A DNA stretch of 64,000 nt, from the NCBI GenBank assembly GCA_965112735.1, contig OZ218953.1:3162001-3226000 (forward strand). The letters run 5' to 3'. This DNA comes from Phaeosaccion multiseriatum. Taxonomy: Eukaryota; Protista; Ochrophyta, other classes. Every line of letters begins with the position of its first letter. Position 1 is the stretch's first letter. The notes beneath the pieces were generated by a model, which saw only the letters and a list, made by a program, of their open reading frames with translations, made no database searches and was not told the origin of the DNA. Position numbers and translations under genes: made by a program. Below are positions 1-28,437 of this stretch, piece by piece.

Positions 1-211
1 GGACCTCGTGTATCCCCATGTTGTTTGGCATGATCGATGCATACTCTCCTCCCCCCATACTCTGCACATCCCTGACCGTCCGAGCTAATCCTTCCCTGCC
101 TCTCTTCTCCTCTCTTCTTCTCCTCTCTACTCCTCTCTTCTTCTCCTCTCCCCTCCTCCCTCCTCCTCTCTACTCCTCACTACTCGTACTGCACCCACCT
201 GTTGACACAAG

Positions 212-3200
212 ATGGAAATGTCAGTCATGGCCCATGTATGCGGAGACGCCGCTTTGAAGCGCGCCCTTCAGGGCAACCCTCCTTCGGCGGCGCAGGAGCA
301 GAGTCAGAGTCAGAGTCAGGGGCAGGGACAGGGGCAGGGTCTGACCCCCAATCAGGACAAGAAGAAGGGTTGTGAGACCCCCAAGGACGTGTACGAGGCT
401 CTAGCGGCGGCTCTGCTCGGCAAGGGCCAGGACGAGCCGATCTCAAAGGTGCGCAGGGGGTGGGGGGGGGGCAGTGGGACACACCAACAGCATGGAGGTC
501 CAACATGCATACATGCCATTGCATAGGGCAGCCAGCCACATGGTCCTGTGTTTTGTGTGTCTTGTTGGAGTACGCGTGCACTTGCGTTTGCCTCAACTCA
601 AACAAAGGTAGGGGCAGGGGGGTGGCTCCTTTTGCATTCTCTGCCCTCCACCCACCCCCAGTCCTCATTCGTTCTCTTCCATGGTCTCACTCCCCCCCCC
701 CCCCCCACACACACCCTGCCTCCCCTCCACTTCCCTCCCCTCCCATCCCCTCCCCCCCTGCACACCCTGCACACCACCCCCAGACGGACCGCAATATAGC
801 CAAGAAGCTTTGCCTTGCCATGATGTACGGTCTCGGCGCAGGCTCACTCGCTCGTCAGCTCGGCATGAGCGAGGGGCAGGCCCTGCGTCACAAGCAAGCC
901 TTCCACCGCGCCTTCCCGCAGATGGTGCGTGGGGTGGGATGGGATGGGGTGGCGTGGGGTGGCTTCTCCCTACCTCTGTATGCCTACCTGCCTACCTACC
1001 CACCTACCTACCTACCTCCCTACTTTCTTCGTACCTACCTACATACCTACCTATCTGCCTACCCACCTACTTACCTACCTATCTGCCTACCTGCCTACTT
1101 GCCTACCTACCTACCTGCCTGCCTGTCTTCCCACTTAACGGCCCGCCTGCTCAAGGTCTCTCTTCTCTTTCTTGGGCCACACCCACACATTCGCAGCACT
1201 CGGTCGTGTTTCCTCCCTGTTCCCTACCTCCGCTGCGCTCTGAGCCGCTCTGGGCCGCTTCTATCCTCTCCTCTCCTCTCCACTCCACTCCACTCCTCTC
1301 CTCTCCTCTCCTCTCCTCTCCTCTCCTCTCCCTCTCCTCTCCTCTCCTCTCCTCTCCTCTCCTCTCCTCTCCCTCCCTCTCCTCTCCTCTTCTCTCTTCT
1401 CCTCTTCTCTCCTCTCCTCTTCTCTTCTCTCCTCTCCTCTCCTCTCCTCTCCTCCCCTCTTATCCCCTCCCCCCCCCTCCCCCCCCCTCTCCTCTCCTCT
1501 CCTCTCGTCTCGTCCCTACAGAGGGCATTTGTGGAAAGGTGCAAGAGCGATGCAAGGGCGAACGGCTTCGTCACCACCATCACGGGGAGGCGCAGGTGTG
1601 TGTTGGGGGGCGCTCTCTCTGTCTCTCGCTCGCTCGCTCTCTGTGTCTCTCTGGCGCTCTCTCTCTCTCTCTCGCTCGCTCGCTCTCTGTGTCTCTCTGG
1701 CGCTCTCTCTCTCTCTCGCTCGCTCGCTCTCTGTGTCTCTCTGGCTCTCTCTCTCTCTCTCGCTCTCTCTTGTGTCTGCGTCTCTCTGTCTCTCGCTCGC
1801 TCGCTCTCTGTGTCTCTCTGGCGCTCTCTCTCTCTCTCGCTCTCTCTTGTGTCTGCGTCTCTCTGTCTCTGTCTCTGTGTCTATCTCTGTCTTTCTTTGC
1901 CTTTGATGCATCACCAACCGCGACGGCTACTTTTTCGTCCTTTTTCGTCCGTAGGCTTCTTCCTGAGCTACGCAGCTCCTCCGCCGCTGCAAGGGCTACG
2001 GCTGAGCGCCAGGCAGTCAACACAGTCATCCAAGGTGCGTGCGGTGTGTGTGCGTGCGTGCGTGCGTGCGTGCGTGCTTGCGCAGTCTTCAACGGAGAGG
2101 AATTGGTTGCGATGGACTGCAGCAGCAGCAGAAAAGTGCATCCAGCGTAAGATGAGAAGGAGGGCAGAGCAACTAGGCGGGTCTAATCGACCCAGCAAAC
2201 TGTAAAGCAAGTCTCGCTTGAGCAGGCAGCCATTCCCCGGCTTGTCCCTCCCTCCACTGCTTGTATCATAGTCATATCAAAGTAAACAAGCATGGACTGG
2301 CCCTGCCTCTTTCCGCCCCTCCCTACCCTCTATGTCCTCCATATTCTTAACCCCCTATCCCCTCAATTCTATACCCTCTATACCCCCTCGCCAGGCACAG
2401 CCGCGGATGTGATCAAGCTCGCAATGGTCCGCGTCGACAAGCGTCTCGGCGAGTGGCGCCAGGAGCTGCGGCAAGAGGGTGGAGGAACCCAACAAGGGGC
2501 GGTGGCACCGGCACCGGGGCGGCAGGGGGCGGCGGCGGAGGATGAGCCCCCCCAGGTGAGCATTACGGGATGGTCAATAGATGGTCAATAGATGGTCAAT
2601 AGATGGTCAATAGATGGTCAATAGATGGTCAATAGATGGTCAATAGCCCACCCTGAATGGAATGTATGTATGCACATTACGGCATGGTCAATAGCCCACC
2701 CTGAATGGAGTGTATGCACATTACGGCATGGTCAATAGATGGTCCATAGATGGTCAATAGCCCACCCTGAATGGAGTGTATGTATGCACATTACGGGATG
2801 GTCAATAGCCCACCCTGAATGGAGTGCACGCATGCACACGCACACGCACACATAAGTCATTCCGGTTTTTACGCATCACCCCCTCCTCCTCCTCCTCCTC
2901 CTCCTCCTCCTCCTCCTCCTCCTCCTCCTCCTCCTCCTCCTCCTCCTCCTCCTCCTCCTCCTCCTCCTCCTCCTGCTCTCGCTCTTGCCTGCTCTCCACG
3001 CCCTCTTAGGGCGCGCTCGTCACATGCTTTTGCCTCACACCACTGCCATACATTGCTTGCCTCAGATGTACCTTCATGCAAAGGAAGGATAGATAGATAG
3101 ATTGTTACCATTAACACAGTTCCACGCTGCTGCCTCTCTAGAGTATCTCGAATCAGAGTCATTATGCCTTCCACCCCCCGCCCGCCCGCTGCGCTACTGC

Positions 3201-4039
3201 ACTGTGCTGCCTTGACCCCGCCCCTCCTCCTCCTGTTGCTGCCAATGCTGCTGGCCCTCCTACTCTCAACAGCTGCTGATGACCATCCATGACGAGTTGG
3301 TGCTCCAGTGCCGCGCCAAGGAGGGCACCATCGTCAGGCTGCAGCAGCTGCTCAAGAATGTCATGGAGAAGGAGGTACGAAGGACTTCGAGTTCCAGTTT
3401 CTCTCCCCTTGTGTATGTGGGACTTCCTCCCCCCCCCCGCCCCACGGCCCTCGCCCCCTTGTGGCCAGAGAACCTTGTCGCCCGTTGGACTCGAAAGTGG
3501 GTCTCCAAACCCCCAACCTGAGCTGCTCCTCCCTTCTTCTGGCCCTCCCTCCCTCCCTCCCTCCCTCCCTCCCACCAATACGTTGCGCACTGCTCTCTTC
3601 TTCTCTCAAGGTGGTGGCCGAACTTGGACTGAGTGTGGAGCTGAGAATCAATTTTGAAGTGGGCATGACGTGGGGCTCTGTGGTTCCTGCCCGAGGAGGA
3701 GGACGAGGAGGAGGAGGAGGAGGAGGAGGAGGAGGAGGAGGAGGAGGAGGAGGAGGAGGAGGTGGTGGTGGTGGTGGGACTCGTGCAGCGGCAGCGGCGA
3801 GGACCAGCACACCAAGCGGGGCTGGGGCCGGGGTAGGGGCAGAGGCTTTGCATGGAGCAGGGGAAGGGGGGGCAGTAGCAGAGGCATGGCATGGGTCACT
3901 TGAGGTGCAGGGGGATGGTTCACAGCAACAGGGTACACACCAGCAGGGCACACAGCAGCAGCTACCTCTGCCCCCCGCTACTGCAGGCAGTGGAGCAGGA
4001 AGTGGCATGTGCTCTGCGGCCTTCTTGTACAGCGACTGA
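212..4039 (+). CDS. Family A DNA polymerase, Pol theta/nu-like; 3' part only (exons 212-448, 784-924, 1522-1595, 1955-2034, 2395-2555, 3273-3374, 3611-4039)
   Basis: Phase-consistent exons give the end of motif A (MEMSVMAHVCGD), motif B (RNIAKKLCLAMMYGLG), GFVTTITGRRR, AERQAVNTVIQGTAADVIKLAM, motif C (LLMTIHDELV) and C-terminal EVGMTWG. The 5' exons lie upstream of the window. Confidence 0.9.
2566..2822. repeat. Intronic minisatellite: 11-bp ATGGTCAATAG units mixed with longer units containing CCCACCCTGAATGG..GCACATTACGG
   Basis: Tandem copies directly visible in polymerase intron 2556-3272. Confidence 0.9.
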
Positions 4040-4112
4040 GAATTTTATATTGACTTAATAGGAATCACCTAAGAAACTGAAGTTTGTGTGTGTGTGTGTG
4101 TGTGTCTGAGAA

Positions 4113-4138
4113 TCGGCTCCATTCACGCCTAGCGGCCT
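4113..4138 (+). mobile_element. Degenerate solo end of the MITE family at 61625-62139
   Basis: TCGGCTCCATTCACGCCTAGCGGCCT matches the MITE left end TCGGCCCCGTGCACGCCTAGCGGCCT at 23/26 positions. Confidence 0.55.
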
Positions 4139-4368
4139 TAGACGCCCCTAACCCTCCTCGCCCCCCCTCCATGCCACTGAATTAACCTCCGGAATACCAA
4201 AAACCCTCCGCGTACGCTCAACCCCTCGTAAAGCCCCCCAAGTTCCTCTTCGTTCCCCTTCGCGCCTTCCGTAATGTCGAACCCCTCTAAACTCTCCAAA
4301 TAGACCTCATCGACTCCCCATGTCGAAGTGTTGACCCATACACGGACCTACTCTACCACGCTTCCCCT

Positions 4369-5753
4369 TTATGGTACTTGAAGGCGAGCGAGGATCGCCG
4401 CCTCCAGGGTCTGGCGGGACAGGGCTCCTATGCGAGCCTTGAGGGTGTCCTGTTTCAGCGAAGAATAGACAAGAAGGGGGTGTCACATTGGAGCAAGCAG
4501 ACTAGACGGGTAAGCATTCACTCGAAGCTCAGTGCGCGCCGCCCCGCCTTCCTTCCGACGCGAGAAAGCTCAGGGAGCTTGTTGGCCTGCACGCACCTCG
4601 TTGAGAGTTTTCTGAGCCCGAACCTTGCTGTCCCTTGCTTTAATGAGTAGCTGCAGCAGAATGTCCTGTGGCCACGGCACGGCGACTCCTCCACTCGCCT
4701 CCGTGAGCTTCGCATCCACCGTGGCAATGAGATGGAGCAGCTTGCAGTAGACCACTGTTTCGACTGTGGCCTGCGGCCCATAATAGCAGTGGCGGTACGG
4801 GTCATGCGCATCCTGTCTACCCGATACCTCCTTCACACCACTCAACAGGTCCTATGTTTGGGGAAGCGCGGTCAAAGAGTCAGCTTCCAAGTGACAAAGA
4901 GGAGGAGTGGAGAGCTAGGGAGTGTACCTGAATGATGGCGTGTGCCGCGGCGCCCACGTCATACATGCAGCAGATGTCCACGGCCTCGAGAAACACCTCC
5001 CTCGAGACGAGGGGCGCAATGGTGCAGTGTTCTTCTCGAGTGTTTGAAATCTCTCCAGTGCTGAGGACGGCGTCGATGGTGATCGGCGAGGTGGTGGCCG
5101 CTCGGGCCAGGGTGACAGGGGTATCACCTCTGTTCATACGGAGTCACGGGACGAGAGAGACCGGAGATTCCGTGGTCAGGACCTGAGGAGACAGCGGAAC
5201 GCAAGCTTTACTACAACATAGACTTCTACCTTGAGAGGAGATCGCTGTGCCCCATTTGGACGAAGCCGAGAAATGCAGCGAAGCCCGAGGGACTGAAGCT
5301 TTTCATATCCACCATCATCGTCGCCTGCGTGTATCATATCAGAGAGAATGACAGCAAATGGGAGAGGAAGGAGGGTACCACCTCAGCCACAACATGTGTG
5401 CTGATTGTGCCTTCCCCACTGACAGGTCACTGACCTTCTCTTTCATTTCGACGGAAAACATCCTGCGGAACTGTGGACAGAGGAGCGGGGCGGGAAGGAG
5501 AGGTGTGAGGGTGACGAGCCGACTGCAATCATCCGTCACTTTCCCACTGGGACTCACTCACCACAGGGGAGCACACAGGGAGGAGAAACGTGTCAAGGAA
5601 AAAGCTGTCCTCCGATCCAAATTGTATCTCGACAGCTGCTGCGGACGAGACTTCCCTCTCATGGCCTTCATGGGCGTAAGGCGAGCTATACGTCGCCGGT
5701 AGGAAATACCCAGGGAGTTTGGTCAGATTGCTCATTGGTAGCTTTTTAGACAT
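4369..5753 (-). CDS. BTB/POZ domain protein, paralogue 1 (6 exons)
   Basis: Spliced product reads FFLDTFLLPVCSPV|FRRMFSVEMKEK|ATMMVDMKSFSPSGFAAFLGFVQMG...EAVDICCMYDV. This fits the BTB pattern (L..cSpvF..MF...m.E; F..fL.f...G; a..Y.v). The last exon is DTLKARIGALSRQTLEAAILARLQVP*. Confidence 0.75.
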
Positions 5754-6004
5754 GGTTGCTGAGGTGTGTCCCGTGGAGAACCCTTTTCCAAATACTGTCC
5801 TTCCCCTTTTTTCTTTCTATCTTTTCCTATAACGAGAAGTCCTCTACGTCGCCCCAAAGAAGCACTCCCCATCTACCCTACAGGCTGCCACAGCGTAAGA
5901 TTGTCCAGAGGGGCGCCCCCCTAGGGAGTGAAGCGCCGCCACCGCCCGCAGCTAGAAACTTCAGCGCCGCGTGGAGCCCACCGCAAGAGAGAGAGAGAGA
6001 GAGG

Positions 6005-6600
6005 GAGCGAAGGAGCATCGCCGCCTCCAGGGTCTGGCGGAACAGAGGGTGTCCTGTTCGGGCGAGTGAAGAATAGACAAGAAGGGGGTTCCGTGTTGGA
6101 GCGAGTAGACGAGACGGCAAGCATTCATCCGACGCTCAGTGCGCGAAACACTAACGCCAACATCACCCCGCCATGTACTGCCGGCCTTCCCAGGCGGGGA
6201 AGTGGGCAGACCTTGGTTTGCACACACCTCATTCCGCGCTTCCACAGCCCGAACCTTGACGTGGGGGAGTAGCTACAGCAGATTGTCCTGTGGCCACGGC
6301 ACGGCGATTCGTCCATTCGCCTCACTGAGCTTCGCATCGACCGCGACAATAAGGTGGAGCAGCTTGGAGCAGGCTGTTCTGGTGGCTTTGGCGGGCGGTC
6401 CATAGCCATAGATAGGACCCCCGCGGCGAGCGCTACCCCATGCCTCCTTCATGCTACTCAACAGGTCCTTGTTCGATGTAGGAAGCGCGGTCGAAGAGTC
6501 AGCTTCCAGGTGAGAAAGAGGAGGAGCGGAGAGCAAAGGAGAGTACCTGAAGGATGGCGTGAGCCGCGGCGCCCACGTCATACACGCAGCAGATGTCCAC
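6005..6600 (-). pseudogene. 5'-truncated BTB/POZ paralogue (3' exons only)
   Basis: Homologous to the last three exons of both neighbours, with an in-frame TAG (QDNLL*LL), a deletion in the last exon and no 5' exons. Confidence 0.75.
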
Positions 6601-6643
6601 GTACCTGGGTGGCAAGTACATTGCTGCTGTGGGGGGCAGAGAT

Positions 6644-8250
6644 TCACATAGTTTCTTGAAGGCGAGCAAGAATCGCTGCCTCCAGGGTCTGGCGGGACAG
6701 GGCTCCTATGCGAGCCTTGAGGGTGTCCTGTTTCAGCGAAGAATAGACAAGAAGGGGGTGTCACATTGGAGCAAGCAGACAAGACGGGTAAGCATTCACT
6801 CGAAGCTCAGTGCGCGCCGCCCCGCCTTCCTTCCGACGCGAGAAAGCTCAGGGAACTTGTTGGCCTGCACGCACCTCGTTGAGAGTTTCCACAATGTCCC
6901 CAGTCCCACCGATGGGGAGCAGCTGCAGCAGAATGTCCTGTGGCCACGGCACGGCGACTCCTCCACTCGCCTCCGTGAGCTTCGCATCCACCGTGGCAAT
7001 GAGATGGAGCAGCTTGCAGTAGACCTCTGTTTCGACTTTGGCCTGCGGCTTATAATGGCGGTACGGGTCATACGCAACCTTTCTACCCGATACCTCCTTC
7101 ACGCCACTCAACAGGTCCTATCTTTGGGGAAGCGCGGTCAAAGAGTCAGCTTCCAAGTGACAAAGAGGAGGAGCGGAGAGGAGAGTACCTGAAGGATGGC
7201 GTGTGCCGCGGCGCCCACATCATACATGCAGCAGATGTCCACGGCCTCGAGAAACACCTCCGTCGAGACGAGGGGCGCAATCGTGTAGACGGCTTCTCGA
7301 GTGTTTGAAATCTTCTCTCCAGTGCTGAGCACGGCGTCGATGGTGAGGGGCGAGGTGGTGGCCGCTCGGGCCAGGATGATAGGGGCGTGCTCTCTGTTCA
7401 TACGGAGTCACGGGGCGAGAGGAGACGGAGATTCCGTGGTCAGGACCTGAGGAGACAACGTAAGCTTGCTACTACAACGTAGACTTCTCACCTTGAGAGG
7501 TGCAGGAGGTCGCTGTGCCCCATTTGCAGGAAGCCGAGAAATACAGCAAAGCCCGAGGGACTGAAGCTTTTCATATCCACAGTCATCGTCGCCTTTGCAC
7601 GGAGAGAAAAGAAGCGGCCGGGTGACGGACGAATGAGTGTACCACCACACAAGCCCTCCCCAACAGGCACCAGAGCTTACTGACCCCTCCCCCACTGGCA
7701 ACAAAACTCCCTCCCCTCCCCCAATGGCAGCAAAGCTCGCTGACCTTCTCTTTCATTTCGACGGAAAACATCCTGCGGAACTGTGGAAGAGAGAGGGTGG
7801 AGGGTGAGTGGCTGTCGCTCGCGGATGGATATCATCTGTGATTTCTCCATGGCGACTACTTACCACAGGGGAGCACGCGGCCAGGAGGGACGTGTCAAGG
7901 AAAAAGCTGACCTCCCTTGGGCCCTCTGGGACAGGCAGAGTCGCCTCGTCTTGGTGCTCAGCGGTGCCTCCTCCTCCTCCTCCTTCATGACCCTCTTCGT
8001 AATCGTCCTCCTCTTCTTCTTCCTCTTCTTCTTCCTCTTCTTCTTCCTCGTCGTCGTCCTCTTCTTCTTCCTCTTCTTCTTCCTCTTCTTCTTCCCCTCC
8101 TCCGCCATCAAAAGGGGGAGTGACAAGTCCAAATTCCAACTCGACAACTGCTGTTGGCGACCAGACCTCATGGCTGTAAGGCAGGCTGTACGTCCCCGGA
8201 AGGAAAGAGGGAGGGAGCTTGGCCAGGTCTTTACTCTTTTCTTTACTCAT
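6644..8250 (-). CDS. BTB/POZ domain protein, paralogue 2, with an acidic N-terminal insertion (exons 8250-7864, 7780-7745, 7592-7492, 7393-7189, 7117-~6875, ~6727-6644)
   Basis: Same exon structure and motifs as 4369-5753 (LLAACSPV|FRRMFSVEMKEK|...FAVFLGFLQMG). It ends ARLQETM*. Confidence 0.75.
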
Positions 8251-8382
8251 TCTTTCTTTAAGTGTCGTGGATGCAAAGATGATTTCTCGCCGCCTTCGGA
8301 TTTTACAGTTTCCCTCAAAGGGGGGATGGAGGAGGCGCTTCCCCTCCAAGGCTCCAGAAGCCCATAGACGCTAGAGAAGGTC

Positions 8383-23696
<15,314 letters not shown>

Positions 23697-24410
23697 ATTA
23701 AGGATTTAAATGGACTCTCGCTCCCTTCATGGCTAGCTATGACTGAGGACTGACGGGCACACTCTTACTTTCGTACATGACTTGACTCTCTCTGACATCA
23801 CTGACAGCTGCAGGGAGGTGCACAGGGAGTCCCTGTGGCCACACTTCAGTCAGGACCCAAAGGGCGCTCTTTGGCTTGGTGTCTTGTGTACCGGCTGTTG
23901 ATTCCTACTATGGTGGCTCTGTTGTGTGGTGGCTGCTGCTGCCCGCGGCTGGCACCAAAACAGGGGCATGGAATGGCAGATCGATCCCTACAAGATGCAT
24001 TGGAGAAGGGAAAAGGAAAAAAACAAACGAAACAAACAAGCGAACAAATAATATCCAAGTTGTGGGGGAAAGGCATCTCCTACAGTACTTCCAAAAAAGT
24101 GAACACCCCCCTCCGCCTCCTCAGTTGTGCCGTGGTGAGCATTAGTTTTAGTTCCAAGTATCTGGACGGAGTGAGGATTAGTGAAAGGAAAAATGGAGGG
24201 ATGGGGCAACATCAAGGCGAGAGAGGATGCATCTACGCTCCTGCTGACCCAACCTCAAAACTCCCCCTCTGATGCATCACACATACATGCTCCTCTGATG
24301 CAGCTCTAGTAGGCACCTCCTCTCGTGCGTATCTGCCGCCCATACCGACCAATCACACGTCATCCTCTCGTCGGAGGTTCACATCAATCTCATCAATCAG
24401 TCGTGCGTCA

Positions 24411-24714
24411 TCACCGGAGGTCCAGCTCGTATCTCCGCTTCTCGCCCCCTTCCCGGTAGCCCATCTTGAGCAGTGACGCCCTCTGCGCAGGGTTGCCTGT
24501 AAAGCACATGATCTGTGTGTATCCCTCCTCCCGAGCCGCTCTGGCCAAGTCCCGCTTCAGCGCTGAGGCGATGCCGCGGCGCCGGCAGTCGGACCGAATG
24601 CTTGTTCTCACACCTTCGGCCACTTTCACGTTGTCTTTTGCTGGCCTACTACCTGCACTCTGCTGCCCCCCCTCCTGCTGCTCCTCCTGTTGCTCCTCCT
24701 GTTGCTCCTCCTGC

Positions 24715-24801
<87 letters not shown>

Positions 24802-25049
24802 TCCTCCTCAGTCCCGTCTCCTTCACGCCATGCCATATAACCCATCACAAGCCGCTGCAGCAAGGGACGCTCTTCCTTCTGCTTCCGTTGGTGTGCATCC
24901 TCGTCCCAAGGTCGAAGTCCACAGAAGCCCAGTACGCTGTCGTCATCTGTAGAGGAGGGAATGCGGCGGTTGAATAGCAGTCAGTCACTGTAGATGAGGA
25001 CGATGAGGAGGGGGACAGAGATAACACTCACTTTACCCTCTACTCTCTT

Positions 25050-25116
<67 letters not shown>

Positions 25117-25541
25117 CTCCCTTTCCTACCTTTGGAGACTGCCACGAGCATGGCGTTGCCAGGACGCTGGTAGTACTCGTGTGGGCGGTAGAGGTCACCC
25201 CCCTCCTCAAGGATGCCCTTGGCATAATGCCTCCAGAACATCCGGCCAATCCACCTTAGGAATAGGCAGGAGAGAATGAGGAGGGTAAGCACGGCCGGGG
25301 AGTGTAGAAACGAGTTTAGGACGTAGGAGGCAGGTAAGAATGGAGAGAACTGCACTCAATTAAACCCGTTCCACCTGTCCTTCTTCACTCACCTTGCCGG
25401 GAACATGTTTAGATTGGCGTCGTCGAACAAATTGTTGTTCCAAATACTCTTTATCGCCTCGTCGTCCGCCTCTTGGATGCCGCGGATGGTGAAGGATACA
25501 GGAGGAGGTGGAAGTGGAGGAGGTGGAGGTGATGCGTCCAT
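24411..25541 (-). CDS. GNAT-family N-acetyltransferase with a polyQ insertion (3 exons)
   Basis: FTIRGIQEAD (beta1), GDLYRPHEYY..AMLVA, VLGFCGLR, acetyl-CoA motif A RSDCRRRGIASAL, and NPAQRASLLKMGY. Introns are phase-consistent. Confidence 0.8.
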
Positions 25542-25932
25542 GTTGGCCGTGAGATTCAGCTGCTCCCATTCACTGTTCAACTCCTGAAGCTCCGGGTTTT
25601 ATCCTCTTTTCTTTTCCTTCTCTTTTTCCTGCCTGGTCCTGCTGCTGCATTTTTGTGTGGGGTCAAGTTGGTGGGGTACAAGTACTGCTACATTCTGAAA
25701 CCTCTGTGAGGTACAAGTACTGCTACATTTACATCTACGGCTGCTGCTGATTCTTCTGAGAGGTAATAAAGAAAAGGGGAGAAAAAGCCCGTGATAAAGA
25801 ATAGAAATGTAGTAAGTCAGGGGAACCCTTCCCCCTAAGCGTGCCCTCGCCCCGTCGCCATTCCCTCCCCTTTCCTCCCCTGCCCCTCTGCTGCCCCTCT
25901 GCTGCCCCTCTGCTGCTCCTGTGCTGCTCCTG

Positions 25933-28403
25933 CTACGCCTGATCCTCTCCTTCCCCTACTGCTCCAACCTTGCTCAACAGATTGGCGACGGCGGCGTCCA
26001 CCACCAACCCGCCCTGTTCATCAGAGCGAACGCAAGAAGCCTGTCCGGCCAGCAGCGGCAGCGGCACGGCGCAGGCCCACGTGCTCGCCAGGAAGGGGGA
26101 TGGCAGTGGATAGTCTCCATGAGAGACGTCGTTCCTCCTCAGTGCGAGGGCCACCGCGGCGGAGGCCTGCGCTCGTGCTCTGTGGAAGGCCAGGTTCATC
26201 TGGGTGGGGAGGGAGGAGGAGAGGGAAGAGGAGGAGGCAAGCAAGACGACCGGAGAAGGGCAGAAGGGTAGAGCGACGATATCAAGCTGAGGGAGAGACG
26301 GAGGGGACGCTGGGCGCGGACGGGGCGGAGAGAGAATGACTGTGTGAGTCATAGGTGCACGGACCTGCAGGCAGTCATTCTCCCCGTGATTCTCCCCGAA
26401 GCGCTGCTGCAGCAGCTGCTCGGCTCGGGTGAGCTCGGTCCTCCTCTCGCTCAGTAGTCGGGTTTGTTGGGTGGAGAGGCACCACCCTCCCTCTTTCCGC
26501 TTCCCTGGGGACGACGACGATGACGAATCACCAATAGCAGCATCCTCATCATCATCATCGTCGTCGTCATCGTCACGAGGACGGCCACGGCGGCGGCCAA
26601 GGAGTTTGCTGATGAAGTGCAAGTAGCCACGAAAGCTCAGCCAGCGCTCCAACAGCAGGAGCTCTGGGGCGGTGGAGGAGGAGGAGAAGACGGTCACAAG
26701 TACCGCCGCTGGTGTAGCTTCCTCCACCACTGCCAGTGCAGCAACTACGCCCTCGGAGAGGATGCTGAGCTGCTGCAGCAGAAGGGCGGGGGTGAGGCCA
26801 CCTTCTCCCACGGGTACCACTGCCTGCGGGGGCAGGGAGCTGAGGAAGGCCAGCTGAGCCGGAGACAGGAAAGATGTACCGCCGCCCGACAAAACCAACG
26901 TCCTCCTCCTGCTGCTGGTACTGCTGCTGCTGCTGCTGCTGATAATGCTCTGCCCCTCCTTCAGTAGCGAGTGCGGTGGTCTTGTTGGGCCGTGCCCGTG
27001 CTGGCTGCTTCCGTGTGGCCGGCTGTGGCTGTGGCTGTTTCCTCCTCCCATTGTACTGCGCGCTCTACCTCGCCCCCCCCTTGGCCTTCCATCGCGTCGG
27101 GTCGTCCGGTCGTTGACGGCGGCCACTTGCTCCGCGGCGACGCGAGCTGCAACGGTCTCCGCGATGGTCTCTGCAAGGAAGAAGTTCCAATCATCCAACT
27201 CCTCCCTCTCCTCCTCCTCCCTCTCCTCCTCCTCCCTCGCCTCACCCTCCTTACCCTCCTTACCCTCCTCCTCCTGCTCCTTCTCCTCCTCGTCCCGGCG
27301 AAGTCTTCTCAGATATCGCCGCCCTCGAGGGCAGTACACTCGCCAAAGGGTCACAAGGGCGGTAAGGGCCGCGTCTGCGTGCTTCTCGCTAAGAGACAAG
27401 CCCTGCAGGACCCCCTCGAGGTACTGAATGTCTCGCCCCTGGGTTATGTCTCCTCCTCCTCCTCCTCCCTGGGACATTGGCAGGGGCATGTCTGTATCTG
27501 CTGCGGCCAAGTGCAGACGGCGCTCCAGCGTGAGACGCGTGATGGCATACAGGGCCACGTCACGCCTCCTGACGCCGGAGGGAGAGTGCGAGTGCGAGGT
27601 GAGCATCTCCTCGACCATCTCCTGGGTCAGCGGCAAGGGAGGGGGGGGCGAGCGGCGGAAGAAGAAGAAGGCCTTCTCAGAAACAGTCTTCTCGGTCGTC
27701 TCCAGCGGTGGAAGCAATGATGAACCGCCTCTCATGGAACCATCTCTCGCCGCCGCGCCTTGCTGCCAAGCATGATGCTGCTGCTGCTGCTGCTGCTGTT
27801 GTTGGTGGTAGTGGTTGTACTGGTGCTGTTGGTGGTGCCGTTGCGGCTGGTCGGAGTGCCCTCTCCCTCCTCCACCGGCTAGGGCATGTTCTTCTGCTCT
27901 CATCTTGTCGAGCCAAAGAGCGGAGGTGGAGGCGGAGTGCACCGCCGCCGCAGAGCAGAGCATGTGCAACTGTGCGACTCCTTCCGCGTACACAGCGCTC
28001 CTCTTGCACAGCTCGATACCTGACGACTCAACCCCCGCCTGAGAGCGCCCCCTGCCCCCCGTTGGTGCCCCTCCTGCTGCTGCCTCCCCTCCTCCTCCGG
28101 CTGTTGCTGCTGCTCCACTGTTGCTCGAGTCGTCCTCCCCCTCGAGGCCACCACCGTCGCTCGCCTGTGAATCACTAACGCGGAAGATGCCACGGACGCC
28201 ACCGCTGGTACTATTGCGGCTCCTCCTCCTTCCTCCGAGTAGTACGTTCCAGGCCGCATTCATGGTCGCTTCCTCCACTGCGCCGGACAAGGCCAGCGTG
28301 TCGAGAACGTTGAAGGCGAGCACGATGATAGCCTCTCTCTCTTCGTCGCACTCTCCGCCCTCCCCCAAGGCTCCTCCCGCTCTTCCTCCTCCTCCTCCTC
28401 CTC

Positions 28404-28437
<34 letters not shown>

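Noticed and set aside
460-2205. Long ORFs of 581 and 489 aa, and similar low-complexity ORFs at 10210-10898, 37612-38427 and 56916-58118
   Set aside because: These are stop-free readings of intronic microsatellites. Only the embedded exons carry protein motifs.
5130-7411. Conserved in-frame TGA (…P*LRMNR…) in both BTB genes, suggesting selenocysteine, readthrough or an 18-nt micro-intron
   Set aside because: The upstream exon ends in phase 2 (TCA AG|gt) and joins in frame only at the AACAG acceptor downstream of the TGA, so the TGA is intronic.
23835-24272. 145-aa ORF between the WD40 and GNAT genes
   Set aside because: It starts with GTG, has no recognisable motif, and lies where two 3' UTRs converge.
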